From an uncultured virus (IMG/VR IMGVR_UViG_2811995274_000001) (Duplodnaviria; Heunggongvirae; Uroviricota; Caudoviricetes), in the IMG/VR virus record IMGVR_UViG_2811995274_000001: a stretch of 64,000 bases of DNA, one strand, 5' to 3'. The translations under genes were made by a program, and so were the position numbers. Below the pieces are notes generated by a model. The model did not search any database. It worked only from the letters and a program-made list of their open reading frames with translations, and was not told where the DNA came from. Below, one piece after another: positions 10,512 through 20,764 of this stretch (the stretch's first letter is position 1; each line of letters starts with the position of its first letter).

Positions 10512-11402
10512 TTGGCAGTAGAAAAAGAACAAGAAACAGAACAGGGTTTTCCGGAAAAAATACATGAATATATAGAAATAGAAAATCTTGTTCTTACATA
10601 TAAAAAACAGTTTTTTAGTGATGCTACACGAAAAGAAATAGAAGAATCAAAAAGTGCAGCAACATTATTAACAATAAAGTTTAATCCGTTATTTAGAAAA
10701 TATATTAAGCTAATAAAAGATAATCAATTAGATTTTAACGATAAAGATATTAAACGTTTTGCATTAAATTTTATTGGTGATAAAAGTTTAAAAAGAGCAT
10801 TAAAATTAGATCGTCAAAGCTCTAAAACTAGACATGAAATATATAAAAAGATTAACTTTATTACTGAAACATATGGCCAATTATCAACTGAAGAAATATT
10901 GATTGACTTACAAATGTTGTTATTAGTATTAGCAAAAAGATATATGCCAATGGGAAGAAATTTTTGTGCTTACTTATACAATTGTTTCTGTTATGAAGTT
11001 AGTAGACATATAAAAAAATATATTAAAAATCCTGCTAATGTTCAATATAAAAACATTAGATATGAAGATTACATGCAAACAGTAGAAGAGCCAATAGAAG
11101 AATGTTTAGAAGATAAAATGTATGAAAATAGTATGGGAATGCCAGATACGACATGGATTAATGGAATTACCTGTTCATCTCAATTCCAACGTTTATCTCC
11201 TTTAGAAAGAAAAATACTTATAAAATATTACTTAGAAGATTATTCAGATAGACAAATTTCTGAACTATATTGTATACATATTAATACATGTAATCAAAAA
11301 AGAAGACAAGCTACGTATAAATTAGCTAAAGAACTTAATATCAATATAAAAGATATTAAACGTAGCAGAAAAAGTGGCAAAAAAGCACTTTTTTATCATT
11401 AA
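10512..11402 (+). CDS. phage sigma70-like factor
   Basis: Region-2-like LAKRY...NFCAYLY and region-4 HTH LSPLERKILIKYYLEDYSDRQISELYCIHINTC. Confidence 0.7.
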   Translation: MAVEKEQETEQGFPEKIHEYIEIENLVLTYKKQFFSDATRKEIEESKSAATLLTIKFNPLFRKYIKLIKDNQLDFNDKDIKRFALNFIGDKSLKRALKLDRQSSKTRHEIYKKINFITETYGQLSTEEILIDLQMLLLVLAKRYMPMGRNFCAYLYNCFCYEVSRHIKKYIKNPANVQYKNIRYEDYMQTVEEPIEECLEDKMYENSMGMPDTTWINGITCSSQFQRLSPLERKILIKYYLEDYSDRQISELYCIHINTCNQKRRQATYKLAKELNINIKDIKRSRKSGKKALFYH

Positions 11403-11416
11403 TAAAAAATACATAT

Positions 11417-11467
11417 ATACAAAAAAAGAAATGGGAAAAAAAGAAAAACCCATTTCTTTTTTTGTAT
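11417..11467 (+). terminator. intrinsic terminator / 19-bp inverted repeat
   Basis: ATACAAAAAAAGAAATGGG...CCCATTTCTTTTTTTGTAT after the sigma gene. Confidence 0.75.
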
Positions 11468-11511
11468 TAAAAAGAGTATAATAAAAGAAAAAGAAAAAAG
11501 GAGAGAAAAAT

Positions 11512-12363
11512 ATGTCTGATATTAGTGAAGCATATCATGATATTTTTTATGGAGATGGAGATGAATTTATAGATCCTACAAAAGATTGTGGTCATGAAGA
11601 CGCTTATTATGATTGTCCTGAAGACTTTAGTGGAGAAGATTTAACTTCATATGATTGCTATAATCGATATGGAGTATGTATAGGAACACAAATAGGAGAA
11701 GAGTTTGGTCCAGTAGAAGACTGTTTTGTTAGCGCAAGTATTCATAAACTCTTTTTAAAAAAATTAAAAAATGAAATAGATGTAGATGATAATATTTTAT
11801 TAATTTTTAATGAGCTTATAGATGATTATCCATATAGTTGTATTAACTATGTAATGACTTTAGAAGCTTTAGAATCTACAGAAAGAAAAATTGCAGATAA
11901 TATTATTAATATTATTGAAGAAGCTACAAACCTAAGGCCAACCGAATTAATGAATCATTTTTTTGATACCTATGCGGATGCAGAAAAAATAATTGGAAAA
12001 CATCAAACAGATTTTGATGGTAAACTATATAATATTTTTAGTTTTGTTAAAGGTGAAGACGTAAAAATATTACCAGATTATCAACTTTATAAATCTATAT
12101 GTAGATGGTGTATTTTAGCTTCGTTAAGTAAATGCTCTTCTTTCAAACAAGTATTAAGAGAATATAAATATTTTCAATATAGAACATATACAGGGCCATT
12201 TAAAAAAGGTTTAAATAAAAAATTCTGGGATGCATGGCATGATCGTAAAAATAAAGATATAGATGTAGTTAATTTAGTATGTGGATATTGTGAAGACACA
12301 CAAAGTTTAGTAATTGATATTTCTAAAATGGAAACGCCACTAGACGAAGAAATACATTTTTAA
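11512..12363 (+). CDS. hypothetical protein with a very acidic N-terminus
   Basis: 283 aa, AAGGAG RBS, bracketed by terminators. Confidence 0.7.
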   Translation: MSDISEAYHDIFYGDGDEFIDPTKDCGHEDAYYDCPEDFSGEDLTSYDCYNRYGVCIGTQIGEEFGPVEDCFVSASIHKLFLKKLKNEIDVDDNILLIFNELIDDYPYSCINYVMTLEALESTERKIADNIINIIEEATNLRPTELMNHFFDTYADAEKIIGKHQTDFDGKLYNIFSFVKGEDVKILPDYQLYKSICRWCILASLSKCSSFKQVLREYKYFQYRTYTGPFKKGLNKKFWDAWHDRKNKDIDVVNLVCGYCEDTQSLVIDISKMETPLDEEIHF

Positions 12364-12365
12364 TT

Positions 12366-12391
12366 AAAGTTCCTTTTTAGGAACTTTTTTT
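12366..12391 (+). terminator. intrinsic terminator
   Basis: AAAGTTCCT-TTTT-AGGAACTTT followed by a T run. Confidence 0.75.
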
Positions 12392-12393
12392 AT

Positions 12394-12422
12394 TTGACTA
12401 TTTGATTAATAAGTAATATAAT
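12394..12422 (+). promoter_or_regulatory. sigma70-type promoter for recJ-dnaE
   Basis: TTGACT-17 nt-TATAAT. Confidence 0.75.
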
Positions 12423-12463
12423 ATAAGTAATCAGAATATTCAAATAATTAAAAGGAGTTAACT

Positions 12464-14194
12464 ATGAATTGGAATATTTTAAAAACAAATCCTTTATTAG
12501 CTTGTACTTATAGTAAAAAATTAAATGTTGGAACATTATTATCTAAAGTATTAATCAATAGAAATATTAATTTAGAAGATGCTAACGATATTCTTAATTG
12601 TCCAGATAAATTATTTGAAGATCCTAATTTAATATATGGAGCTGATAACGTAGCTCAAGAAATAATAAATAATATCAATTCTAATAATGATATATATATT
12701 TTTGCTGATTATGATGTTGACGGTTTAACTTCTGGATATGTAATGACTGACTTTTTAAGAAGTATATGTAATAATAAAATAGAAATATATTATCCTAATA
12801 GATCAGAAGGATATGGATTATCTATTGATTTTTGTCAAAAGTTAATAGATCATTATAAAAATAAACAAAATAATGTTACTGTTATTACAGTTGATAATGG
12901 GATTACTAAAGTAGAAGAAGTAAAACTATTAAAACAAAATAATATTAATGTAATTATTACAGATCATCATGAACCATCTAATATATTGCCAGAAACTATT
13001 ATTTGTGATGCTTTTATTGATAAAAATAGTAATGGAAAACATTTATGTGGAGCTGCTATTGCTTGGAAAATATGTTATTTAATAGCAGAAAAATTAAATA
13101 AACTTAATTTAATAGAACATTATCTTCCGTATATAGCATTAGCAACAGTAGCTGATGTAATGCCAATTACTAAAGAAAATATGGCAATAATAAATAAAGG
13201 TTTAAGAATACTGAACGATAAAAATTATAGCAGTAATTTAAAATTTTTAGCAAATAAATTAGGTTTAAAAACAATAACTAGTAAAGATTTAGCTTGGAAT
13301 ATTGCACCTAAAATTAATAGCTGTAGTCGTATGGATAGATTAGATATAGCAGAAGCTCTTTTCTTTTTTGATGATATAATAAAAAATAAATATGATGATG
13401 TTACTATTGATGATATTTGTTTATATATTATTGAATTAGATGAACAGAGAAAAAGCTTAGTTAAAAAAGCTATAAAAGAAGCAGATTCTGTTAATTATAA
13501 TAATGATAAAGTATGTATATTTGATTCCTCTAAATATAATTCAGGAATAGCAGGTATTATAGCAGGTAAGTTAACAGAAAAATATAATAAACCTGCAATA
13601 GTAGTAACAAAAGATAAAGATGGTATATATAAAGGATCAGTAAGAAGTGTATCTGGTTTGAATATGTATGAACTATTATTAAAAGAAAAAGAAAGCAACA
13701 ACATTATAGATTGTGGCGGACATGCTGAAGCAGCTGGATTATCTTTTAAAGAAAATCAAATTAATAATTTAAAATCATCTTTAAACTTAACTATTGATGA
13801 TTCTATTGTAGAAATAGAAGATAGTATAGATATAGATTCTTATATAAATTTAATAGATATTAATAATAATAACTTATATGAAATAAATAGTATACCATAT
13901 GATAAAAATAATTTTAAATCTCCTATTTTTTGTTTACGAATGTTATACGTAATAAAAACAAAAACATCATCTAATAATAGTAACAATATTTGTTTTACAT
14001 TTAAGGATAGAAATAATGTAGTTAGAGATTATTGGGGATGGGGCATTGGAGAAATGTATACAAATATTGGTTCTCCTAAACAAGTAGACGTAATAGGTAG
14101 ATTAGATTATGGATTTGGTAATAATGCTAATAAAGCTACTTTTATTATCATAGATATAAAAAAAGGAGAAAATAATGTCAGAATTCGTAACTAA
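12464..14194 (+). CDS. recJ: RecJ single-stranded DNA exonuclease (DHH family)
   Basis: DYDVDG, TVDNG, ITDHH, LATVADV, GSVRS, GGHAEAAG. Confidence 0.92.
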   Translation: MNWNILKTNPLLACTYSKKLNVGTLLSKVLINRNINLEDANDILNCPDKLFEDPNLIYGADNVAQEIINNINSNNDIYIFADYDVDGLTSGYVMTDFLRSICNNKIEIYYPNRSEGYGLSIDFCQKLIDHYKNKQNNVTVITVDNGITKVEEVKLLKQNNINVIITDHHEPSNILPETIICDAFIDKNSNGKHLCGAAIAWKICYLIAEKLNKLNLIEHYLPYIALATVADVMPITKENMAIINKGLRILNDKNYSSNLKFLANKLGLKTITSKDLAWNIAPKINSCSRMDRLDIAEALFFFDDIIKNKYDDVTIDDICLYIIELDEQRKSLVKKAIKEADSVNYNNDKVCIFDSSKYNSGIAGIIAGKLTEKYNKPAIVVTKDKDGIYKGSVRSVSGLNMYELLLKEKESNNIIDCGGHAEAAGLSFKENQINNLKSSLNLTIDDSIVEIEDSIDIDSYINLIDINNNNLYEINSIPYDKNNFKSPIFCLRMLYVIKTKTSSNNSNNICFTFKDRNNVVRDYWGWGIGEMYTNIGSPKQVDVIGRLDYGFGNNANKATFIIIDIKKGENNVRIRN

Positions 14195-14351
14195 TATAAA
14201 AAATGATTATACTAAAAAAAATACTACAAAAGGAACAAGCTTATTTGTTCCTTTATATAAAATAAAAGATTATAAAATTATTATAAGTAATAAAACAAGA
14301 GATCCCAATACTCAACATAAAAGTAGATTAATAAATGAAACAAAGGAGTAA
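14175..14351 (+). CDS. small hypothetical protein (58 aa)
   Basis: Not in the ORF track; AAAGGAG RBS; MSEFVTNIKND...NETKE*. Confidence 0.5.
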   Translation: MSEFVTNIKNDYTKKNTTKGTSLFVPLYKIKDYKIIISNKTRDPNTQHKSRLINETKE

Positions 14352-14355
14352 AAAT

Positions 14356-14583
14356 ATGAATATAGTTAAGTATTATAATGAAAAGCATAAAGATGTATAC
14401 GATAAAGAAGAAGCGAACGAGTATTTGAAAGAAAAATACAATATAAATCTACTTTGTGATATATGTAGCAATAATATGTTAGATTGTACACATTATTGTG
14501 ATGGTTCATTATTTAAAAGAAGTGTCTTTTTAAGTTTAAAATTAAAAATTAAGAATAAAATTTTTGATTGGCTAGATAAATAG
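14356..14583 (+). CDS. small Cys-containing hypothetical protein
   Basis: AAGGAG RBS before the ATG at 14356; CDIC..C..YC. Confidence 0.6.
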   Translation: MNIVKYYNEKHKDVYDKEEANEYLKEKYNINLLCDICSNNMLDCTHYCDGSLFKRSVFLSLKLKIKNKIFDWLDK

Positions 14584-14610
14584 TAAAAACGAAAGAGGTT
14601 AGTAAATTTT

Positions 14611-17600
14611 ATGGATTTTGTTCATTTGCATTTTCATACATCATATAGTTTTTTAGATGGATATAATCCTATTAAAAAAGCTGTATCAAGAATAAAAGAG
14701 CTAGGAATGTCTGCATGCGCTATTACTGATCATAATAGCTTGGCAGGTATACCAGAATTTCAAACAGAATGTATTAATAACAATATAAAACCAATATTAG
14801 GATTAGAAGGTTATTATACATGGGATATAAAAGAATGTTCTAAAACATTAGAAGAAAGACAAGCTGATGCTTTAAATAGAGCTATTGAAGCAGGTGTTTT
14901 ACCAGATAATTATTTAGAAACTAAACACAAGAAAAAAGATTATCTAGAAACTATTAAAGATTATATGTATGATACAAAACAATATCATATTATTTTATTA
15001 GCTATAAATCAAATTGGATGGCATAATTTAGTTAAACTACAGTCTGAAGCATCTAGACTATGTACTTTTAATGGGCGATTTCTATGTGATAATACTTTAT
15101 TAAGAAAATATAGTGAAGGCATTATATGCCAAAGTGCTTGTATTGGCTCTCCAATAGCACAACTATTAATAAACAATAGAATAGAAGAAGCAGAACGACT
15201 GATACTAGAATGGAAAGATATATTTAAAGATAGATTTTATTTAGAAATACAACCTCTTAATATACCAGAACAAAGATTAGTGAATTTAAAATATATGGAA
15301 TTATGTAAAAAACATAATATTAATCCTGTAGCTACTAATGACGTTCACTGGACAAATTATTCAGACTATGAAGATCATGATACTCTGTTATGCATAGGCA
15401 CAAATAAGAAAAAAAATGATACTAATAGAATGAAATATTCTAATGATTTTTGGATAAAATCAAAAGAAGAAATGATATCTAGTTTTAATAATCAATTAAA
15501 AACTATCAATGAAGAATATAATAATCAATATAATAATAGTTATATGGATTTTTATATGGAAGCATTAAATAATACTAATGTAATTGCTAATAGAATAGAT
15601 AATAATATAAAACTAGGTAGTGACAAACCATTATTTTCTGATGTAAAAGTACCTCATAATTTAACTCCTGAACAATATTTAAGATTATTAGCATGGAATG
15701 GATTATATAAATATTTAAGTAATAATAGAGAGCTTGATACCAGAATATATGAAAAAAGATTAGCTTTTGAATTAGATATTATAATTAATAAAGGATTTGC
15801 TCCATATATAATAGCTGTATATGAATATACTAACTGGGCTAAAACACATGATTGTCCAATAGGTCCTGGACGTGGTTCAGCAGCTGGAAGCTTAGTATTG
15901 TTTTCTATAGGGATAACAAATAACATAGATCCTATTAAATATAATTTATTATTTTCTAGATTCTTAACTAAAGACAGAACAGCTCCGCCAGATATAGATA
16001 TAGATTTTGATTATAATAATAGAGATAATGTTATAGTTCATCTTGAAGAATATTATGGAAAAGAAAAAGTTGCTCATATAGGAACATATACTACTATGGG
16101 AGTTAAAAGCGGTTTAAAAGATGTTGGAAGAGTATTAGATATGCCATTTGATTTAGTTAATAATCAAATATGTAAAAAAATTGATGAAATAAATATAGAT
16201 AAAGCTACTCCAACATTTAAAGATTATGATAGCTTAAAAGATGGTAACGATAATGAACAAAAACAATGGGTAGAATTTAATAAATTAGAAAAACAAAATA
16301 AAGAATTGTTTAGACTAGCAAGAGCTTTTGAAGGAATTCCTAGAAATTTTGGAGTTCATGCTTCAGGAATATTAGTAACTCCTTGTGATGTAAATGATTA
16401 TGTCCCTACAAGATTAGACAAAAATACTGGAGTAACTATAACATTATATACAGGACCTCAATTAGAAGAATATAATTTTATAAAATATGATATTCTTGGG
16501 CTTAAAACTATTAGTATTATTCAAGATACATTAAAACTCATTAACGAAGAACTATCTATAGAAAATTTATATGATTGTGTTGATATAACAGATTCACAAC
16601 TATATGAATATATATCTGACAAAAATACAGACGCTATGTTTCAAATAGAGTCTAATCTCATGAAAAAGATTATAGATGAAATAAAGCCTACTGAATTTAA
16701 CGATATTGTAGCTATTAACGCAATAGCAAGACCAGGCCCTATTAGTGTTGGTATGGATAAAGAGTATGCTAATGTAAAAAATGGTATAGAAAATATTAAA
16801 TTTCCGTTAAAAGGGATAGATAATATTTTAAAAGAAACATATGGTACTATCTTATATCAAGAACAATTAATGGCAATATCTAAACAAGTATCTGGCTTTA
16901 ATGATGGACAAGCTGATAGCATTACTAGAAAGATAATAGCAAAGAAAAAAATAAAGCTATTTCCAATGCTTATTAGATGTCATATTTACGGTAAAAAAAA
17001 TTGTGAAGGGCCTGAAGGTTGGGAAAGTAATGATAATGCTCCATGGTATGATCCTAAAGGAACATATGGAGATGAAATAAAAGGCGCTTTAGCTAATGGA
17101 TATTCAGTAGAAGAAATGAAACAATACTTTGATTATATAATGGGTTTTGCTAATTATTGTTTTAATAAATCACATGCAGCAACATATAGTTATATTTCAA
17201 TTATGACTGCATGGTTAAAAAAATATTATCCAGTACAATTTATGTCTGCTGTATTATCTATGTCTAATGAAGATAAAAGGAAAAAATATATGTCTATATG
17301 CGAACAAAGTATGAATATAAAAATTTCTACTCCTGACATAAATTTATCTCAAAAATCTTTTACTCCTAACCAAAATAATATCTTATATGGAATAAGTTCA
17401 GTTAAAGGTGTAGGAGAATCTTCTTTAATTGATATAATACAGAATAGACCTTATAAAAATTTAGAAGATGCTTTAAACAAAATACCAAAAAAATCTTTTA
17501 ATAAAAGAGTAGCTATAAATTTAATAAAATCAGGAGCTTTTGATTTTGAAGATTCTAATAGATATAACTTAATTAATAAGTTTTATGATTTAAGAAAAGA

Positions 17601-17979
17601 AAAAGATGAAAGATATGATCCAAATTCTTATAATGAATTTGTCTGTATGCAATTTGAACATGATACATTAGGATACTCTATAACATATAAATCTTGGTGG
17701 GATAATATTTGTTTAGAAGAAAAAGTAAGTAATGAAGCTACGTTATTAAGTACTAAAGAAATAGTTGATAAAAAAGGTAGACTAATGGCGTTTATTGAAT
17801 TAGAAATTAATAATTGTAAAATAAATGCTACTGTATATTCTAATAAATATAGTAGATATGTTTCTTGTTTTGATACTAATTTAACTAAAAAGATATATGT
17901 AGAAGGACAAAAACAAAATGGTAAAAAAGATGGAGAAACTATCTTAATCATAAATAAAGCTAAAAGAATTGCTGCTTAA
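14611..17979 (+). CDS. dnaE: DNA polymerase III alpha subunit, copy 1
   Basis: PHP motifs HLHFHTSYS/TDH/TNDVH, GPGRGSAAGS, PDIDIDF, KYDILGL, FNKSHA. Confidence 0.96.
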   Translation: MDFVHLHFHTSYSFLDGYNPIKKAVSRIKELGMSACAITDHNSLAGIPEFQTECINNNIKPILGLEGYYTWDIKECSKTLEERQADALNRAIEAGVLPDNYLETKHKKKDYLETIKDYMYDTKQYHIILLAINQIGWHNLVKLQSEASRLCTFNGRFLCDNTLLRKYSEGIICQSACIGSPIAQLLINNRIEEAERLILEWKDIFKDRFYLEIQPLNIPEQRLVNLKYMELCKKHNINPVATNDVHWTNYSDYEDHDTLLCIGTNKKKNDTNRMKYSNDFWIKSKEEMISSFNNQLKTINEEYNNQYNNSYMDFYMEALNNTNVIANRIDNNIKLGSDKPLFSDVKVPHNLTPEQYLRLLAWNGLYKYLSNNRELDTRIYEKRLAFELDIIINKGFAPYIIAVYEYTNWAKTHDCPIGPGRGSAAGSLVLFSIGITNNIDPIKYNLLFSRFLTKDRTAPPDIDIDFDYNNRDNVIVHLEEYYGKEKVAHIGTYTTMGVKSGLKDVGRVLDMPFDLVNNQICKKIDEINIDKATPTFKDYDSLKDGNDNEQKQWVEFNKLEKQNKELFRLARAFEGIPRNFGVHASGILVTPCDVNDYVPTRLDKNTGVTITLYTGPQLEEYNFIKYDILGLKTISIIQDTLKLINEELSIENLYDCVDITDSQLYEYISDKNTDAMFQIESNLMKKIIDEIKPTEFNDIVAINAIARPGPISVGMDKEYANVKNGIENIKFPLKGIDNILKETYGTILYQEQLMAISKQVSGFNDGQADSITRKIIAKKKIKLFPMLIRCHIYGKKNCEGPEGWESNDNAPWYDPKGTYGDEIKGALANGYSVEEMKQYFDYIMGFANYCFNKSHAATYSYISIMTAWLKKYYPVQFMSAVLSMSNEDKRKKYMSICEQSMNIKISTPDINLSQKSFTPNQNNILYGISSVKGVGESSLIDIIQNRPYKNLEDALNKIPKKSFNKRVAINLIKSGAFDFEDSNRYNLINKFYDLRKEKDERYDPNSYNEFVCMQFEHDTLGYSITYKSWWDNICLEEKVSNEATLLSTKEIVDKKGRLMAFIELEINNCKINATVYSNKYSRYVSCFDTNLTKKIYVEGQKQNGKKDGETILIINKAKRIAA

Positions 17980-17986
17980 AATAAAA

Positions 17987-18022
17987 TTGGCACTCCGAAA
18001 AAAAGAAAAAAAGGAGTGCCAA
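17987..18022. terminator. terminator hairpin between convergent genes
   Basis: TTGGCACTCC...GGAGTGCCAA followed by an A run (U-tail on the - strand). Confidence 0.75.
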
Positions 18023-18027
18023 AAAAA

Positions 18028-18651
18028 TTACTCTTTTTTAATATCAATAACATGTATATCATGTTCTTGTATCTCAGAATCAATAATATACCATTTTTGA
18101 TATAATTCTTTATCGTTCCCAGAAGATGGAAAAAACTTATGTCCAATATTGTTAATATTCGTTAATACGTTACAAGATATTTTATGTCCATCAGAGAATT
18201 CAGCTATTGTAATATGGTTATTATTCTTATATTCTAAGTAAGTATTTTCAAACGTTAGTGAATTTTTAATGATTTTATGTTTATTAAAAATTTCTATTTT
18301 ATTTTTAGATAATACTATATTTACTTTATTGATATTAGTTATAGATTTTTCCATGACTTCTATTATATAAGTATTATCATCATCATCTTCCAGATAATAC
18401 TTACCTAAGGGCGAATGATAAATAATATTTCCATCATCAATAAAACAATTAGTTTCATCATAAAGTTTAAAATAAAATTGTATTGTAGATTTCTTATCTA
18501 GTTGAATAAAATCAAAATGCAAATCTGCTTCATAACCATTATCAAATTCTACAGCTTCATATAGAATATCTTCTGATAATGATGAACAAATAGACTCAAT
18601 GTTATTAATAATAAAAGAATTAAGATATATTTTTTTAAAATATTTAGCCAT
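18028..18651 (-). CDS. hypothetical protein
   Basis: 207 aa, GAAAGGG RBS, inverted relative to its neighbours. Confidence 0.65.
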   Translation of the reverse strand: MAKYFKKIYLNSFIINNIESICSSLSEDILYEAVEFDNGYEADLHFDFIQLDKKSTIQFYFKLYDETNCFIDDGNIIYHSPLGKYYLEDDDDNTYIIEVMEKSITNINKVNIVLSKNKIEIFNKHKIIKNSLTFENTYLEYKNNNHITIAEFSDGHKISCNVLTNINNIGHKFFPSSGNDKELYQKWYIIDSEIQEHDIHVIDIKKE

Positions 18652-18740
18652 TTTTTATTTCCCTTTCTTTATAAAAAATAAATAACACTATTTTAACAGT
18701 AATATATATTTGAAAATTATAAAAACGAGGTGTTATTTAT

Positions 18741-19301
18741 ATGAAGGTATATCTAAATCCTGGACACGATTTAGATTACGATCCAGGTGCTGTAAATCCT
18801 ATTAATGGATTAAAAGAAGCAAACATTGCTTCTAAAATAGGTAAGCTAGTTGAAAAATATTTAAATGCTGTTGGCATAGAAACTAAAATGCGTCAATCAG
18901 ATAACTTATATTATGATAGTGGATATGCTGACAGAAAAATTGCTGTAGTTCAAGAAGCGAATGATTGGAACGCAGATATATTTGTTAGCATTCATTGTAA
19001 TGCATCTGGTACAGGACGTGCTAGAGGAACAGAACAAGAAATATATAGTTTTGGCGGAGATTCTGAACTATTAGCTAACTGCATTCAAAGTCAAATAGTT
19101 AGCTCTTTAAATACAATAGATAGAGGAGTTAAAGAATATCCTGGATTAATTGTATTAAAGCATACATCTATGCCAGCTGTATTAATAGAAACAGCTTTTA
19201 TAGATAATAGTGAAGATGCTTATTTATTAGAAAACGCTACAGATGAATTTGCACGAGCTATTGCTAGAGGTATCACAGATTATCAATGTGAAATATTATA
19301 A
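18741..19301 (+). CDS. N-acetylmuramoyl-L-alanine amidase (Amidase_3 endolysin)
   Basis: LNPGH, E, FVSIHCNA, MPAVLIETAFIDN. Confidence 0.92.
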   Translation: MKVYLNPGHDLDYDPGAVNPINGLKEANIASKIGKLVEKYLNAVGIETKMRQSDNLYYDSGYADRKIAVVQEANDWNADIFVSIHCNASGTGRARGTEQEIYSFGGDSELLANCIQSQIVSSLNTIDRGVKEYPGLIVLKHTSMPAVLIETAFIDNSEDAYLLENATDEFARAIARGITDYQCEIL

Positions 19302-19320
19302 TTAAAAGGAGATAATAATA

Positions 19321-19602
19321 ATGAATTTTACAGACATAATGAATGACATGGATATAAAAGAATATGTTACAGAAACAGCTAAAGCAGCTCTTTTAGTTTG
19401 GTTAAAAGATACTATGCTTCCACAAGTAAAAGATTTTGTAGAAAAATATAAAGCAGAATTAAAATCTTCTTCTAAAGAAGAAACTGGTTGGAACAAATTT
19501 AGAGATGCTATTTTTCTACCATTGGTATTTAATGCATGTATATGGTTGTTTGAAACTGCATTAAATAAAATAGTAGAAAAAACAGCTACAGAAAAAGAAT
19601 AA
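19321..19602 (+). CDS. putative holin / lysis-associated membrane protein
   Basis: 93 aa directly after the endolysin; hydrophobic segment AIFLPLVFNACIWLF. Confidence 0.45.
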   Translation: MNFTDIMNDMDIKEYVTETAKAALLVWLKDTMLPQVKDFVEKYKAELKSSSKEETGWNKFRDAIFLPLVFNACIWLFETALNKIVEKTATEKE

Positions 19603-19687
19603 ATACATATAATATAATAAAATAACTACATACATAATATAATCTAATATACTTATCAATAGTGAAAACTGTATTAGATTATCGTTG

Positions 19688-19731
19688 ATAAAAAGAGAAA
19701 ATAGTATAAATTACATATTTTCTCTTTTTAT
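19688..19731. terminator. bidirectional terminator at the main strand-convergence point
   Basis: 16-bp inverted repeat ATAAAAAGAGAAAATA/TATTTTCTCTTTTTAT; a second hairpin at 19639-19682. Confidence 0.7.
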
Positions 19732-19776
19732 TTTTATATAATAAGCATATAAAATTTCACTATTTTACTTTATTAT

Positions 19777-20703
19777 CTACTTATCTCTTGTTAACTCATA
19801 ATTCAATTTATCTAAATAGAATTTTGGTGCAAATAATTGTTTATAAATTTCTTCTGTCTTTTTTGTTACATCTATAAAAGTATTAAAATTATCTTTATTT
19901 TTAGCTAAATAAAATTTACATTTATTAATATTTTTGTATTTCTTAGCATAATATTCAATAGCAGTTAAAAAATCTGCACTATGCGTTGTTATAATAATGT
20001 TTAAATCAAAAATTTTTTGTAACAATATAATAATTTGTGCATACTGTATTTGCCACTTAGGATTAAGATAAGCTTCTGGTTTGTCCAATATAAGTATGTC
20101 TTTCTTCTTTAAGACATATTGTTTTAATAATAATTTTAAAATAATAAACATCTTTAAACTAATAGGTAAGTTATCAATATAAATAGAATTATTATATTTA
20201 TTATTTTGAAGCATAGTATTACTATTGATTATATTGTCTAAAATAGTATATATTTCTTGAGTAAATGAAGAATGTTTTTCATCTGTTAAAATGTTATCTT
20301 TAGCAAGTAAATCTAATAATAAATCTTTAACAGATGAATGATTTATATAAAAAGCATTATGAAAAGTTTCACATGGTATTTTTAATTTTATGCACTTATT
20401 GTTACTAAATTTGATTATTATTTTTTTATTTTTAATAGTTAATATAATATTTGCTATTGAATTTAAATCAGATAAAGAATTTATTTGATTATTAAATACA
20501 TCAGAAAAGTTCTTTTTTAAAATCTTTTTGCAACATAAATTATTTATTTCTTTTTTAGTATCATATAATGTATCAAATATCGTGAATAAAGTTTTACATA
20601 TGGTAGATTTTCCAGTACAATTATCTCCTGTTATAACTGTTATACCATTTATTTTTATGTTAGCTTTATTTATTATTCTTAAATTTTTTATTTTTAATAA
20701 CAT
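19777..20703 (-). CDS. ABC/AAA_15-type ATPase, degenerate
   Basis: Walker A GDNCTGKST, Walker B LILDKPE, H-loop ITTHS. Confidence 0.75.
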   Translation of the reverse strand: MLLKIKNLRIINKANIKINGITVITGDNCTGKSTICKTLFTIFDTLYDTKKEINNLCCKKILKKNFSDVFNNQINSLSDLNSIANIILTIKNKKIIIKFSNNKCIKLKIPCETFHNAFYINHSSVKDLLLDLLAKDNILTDEKHSSFTQEIYTILDNIINSNTMLQNNKYNNSIYIDNLPISLKMFIILKLLLKQYVLKKKDILILDKPEAYLNPKWQIQYAQIIILLQKIFDLNIIITTHSADFLTAIEYYAKKYKNINKCKFYLAKNKDNFNTFIDVTKKTEEIYKQLFAPKFYLDKLNYELTRDK

Positions 20704-20721
20704 ATTATAACCTCACTTATA

Positions 20722-20756
20722 AAAACTGCACCTAAATATTTTTTAGGTGCAGTTTT
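20722..20756. terminator. terminator hairpin after the M23 gene
   Basis: 15-bp inverted repeat AAAACTGCACCTAAA/TTTAGGTGCAGTTTT. Confidence 0.75.
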
Positions 20757-20764
20757 ATTTTTTA

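Noticed and set aside
16960..17100. Possible intein in DnaE1 (insert RCHIYGKKNCEGPEGW...)
   Set aside because: Only about 30 aa, with no intein N-terminal block or HN-C/S/T end
19639..19731. Structured ncRNA after the lysis cassette
   Set aside because: Two AT-rich hairpins at a convergence point are adequately explained as terminators
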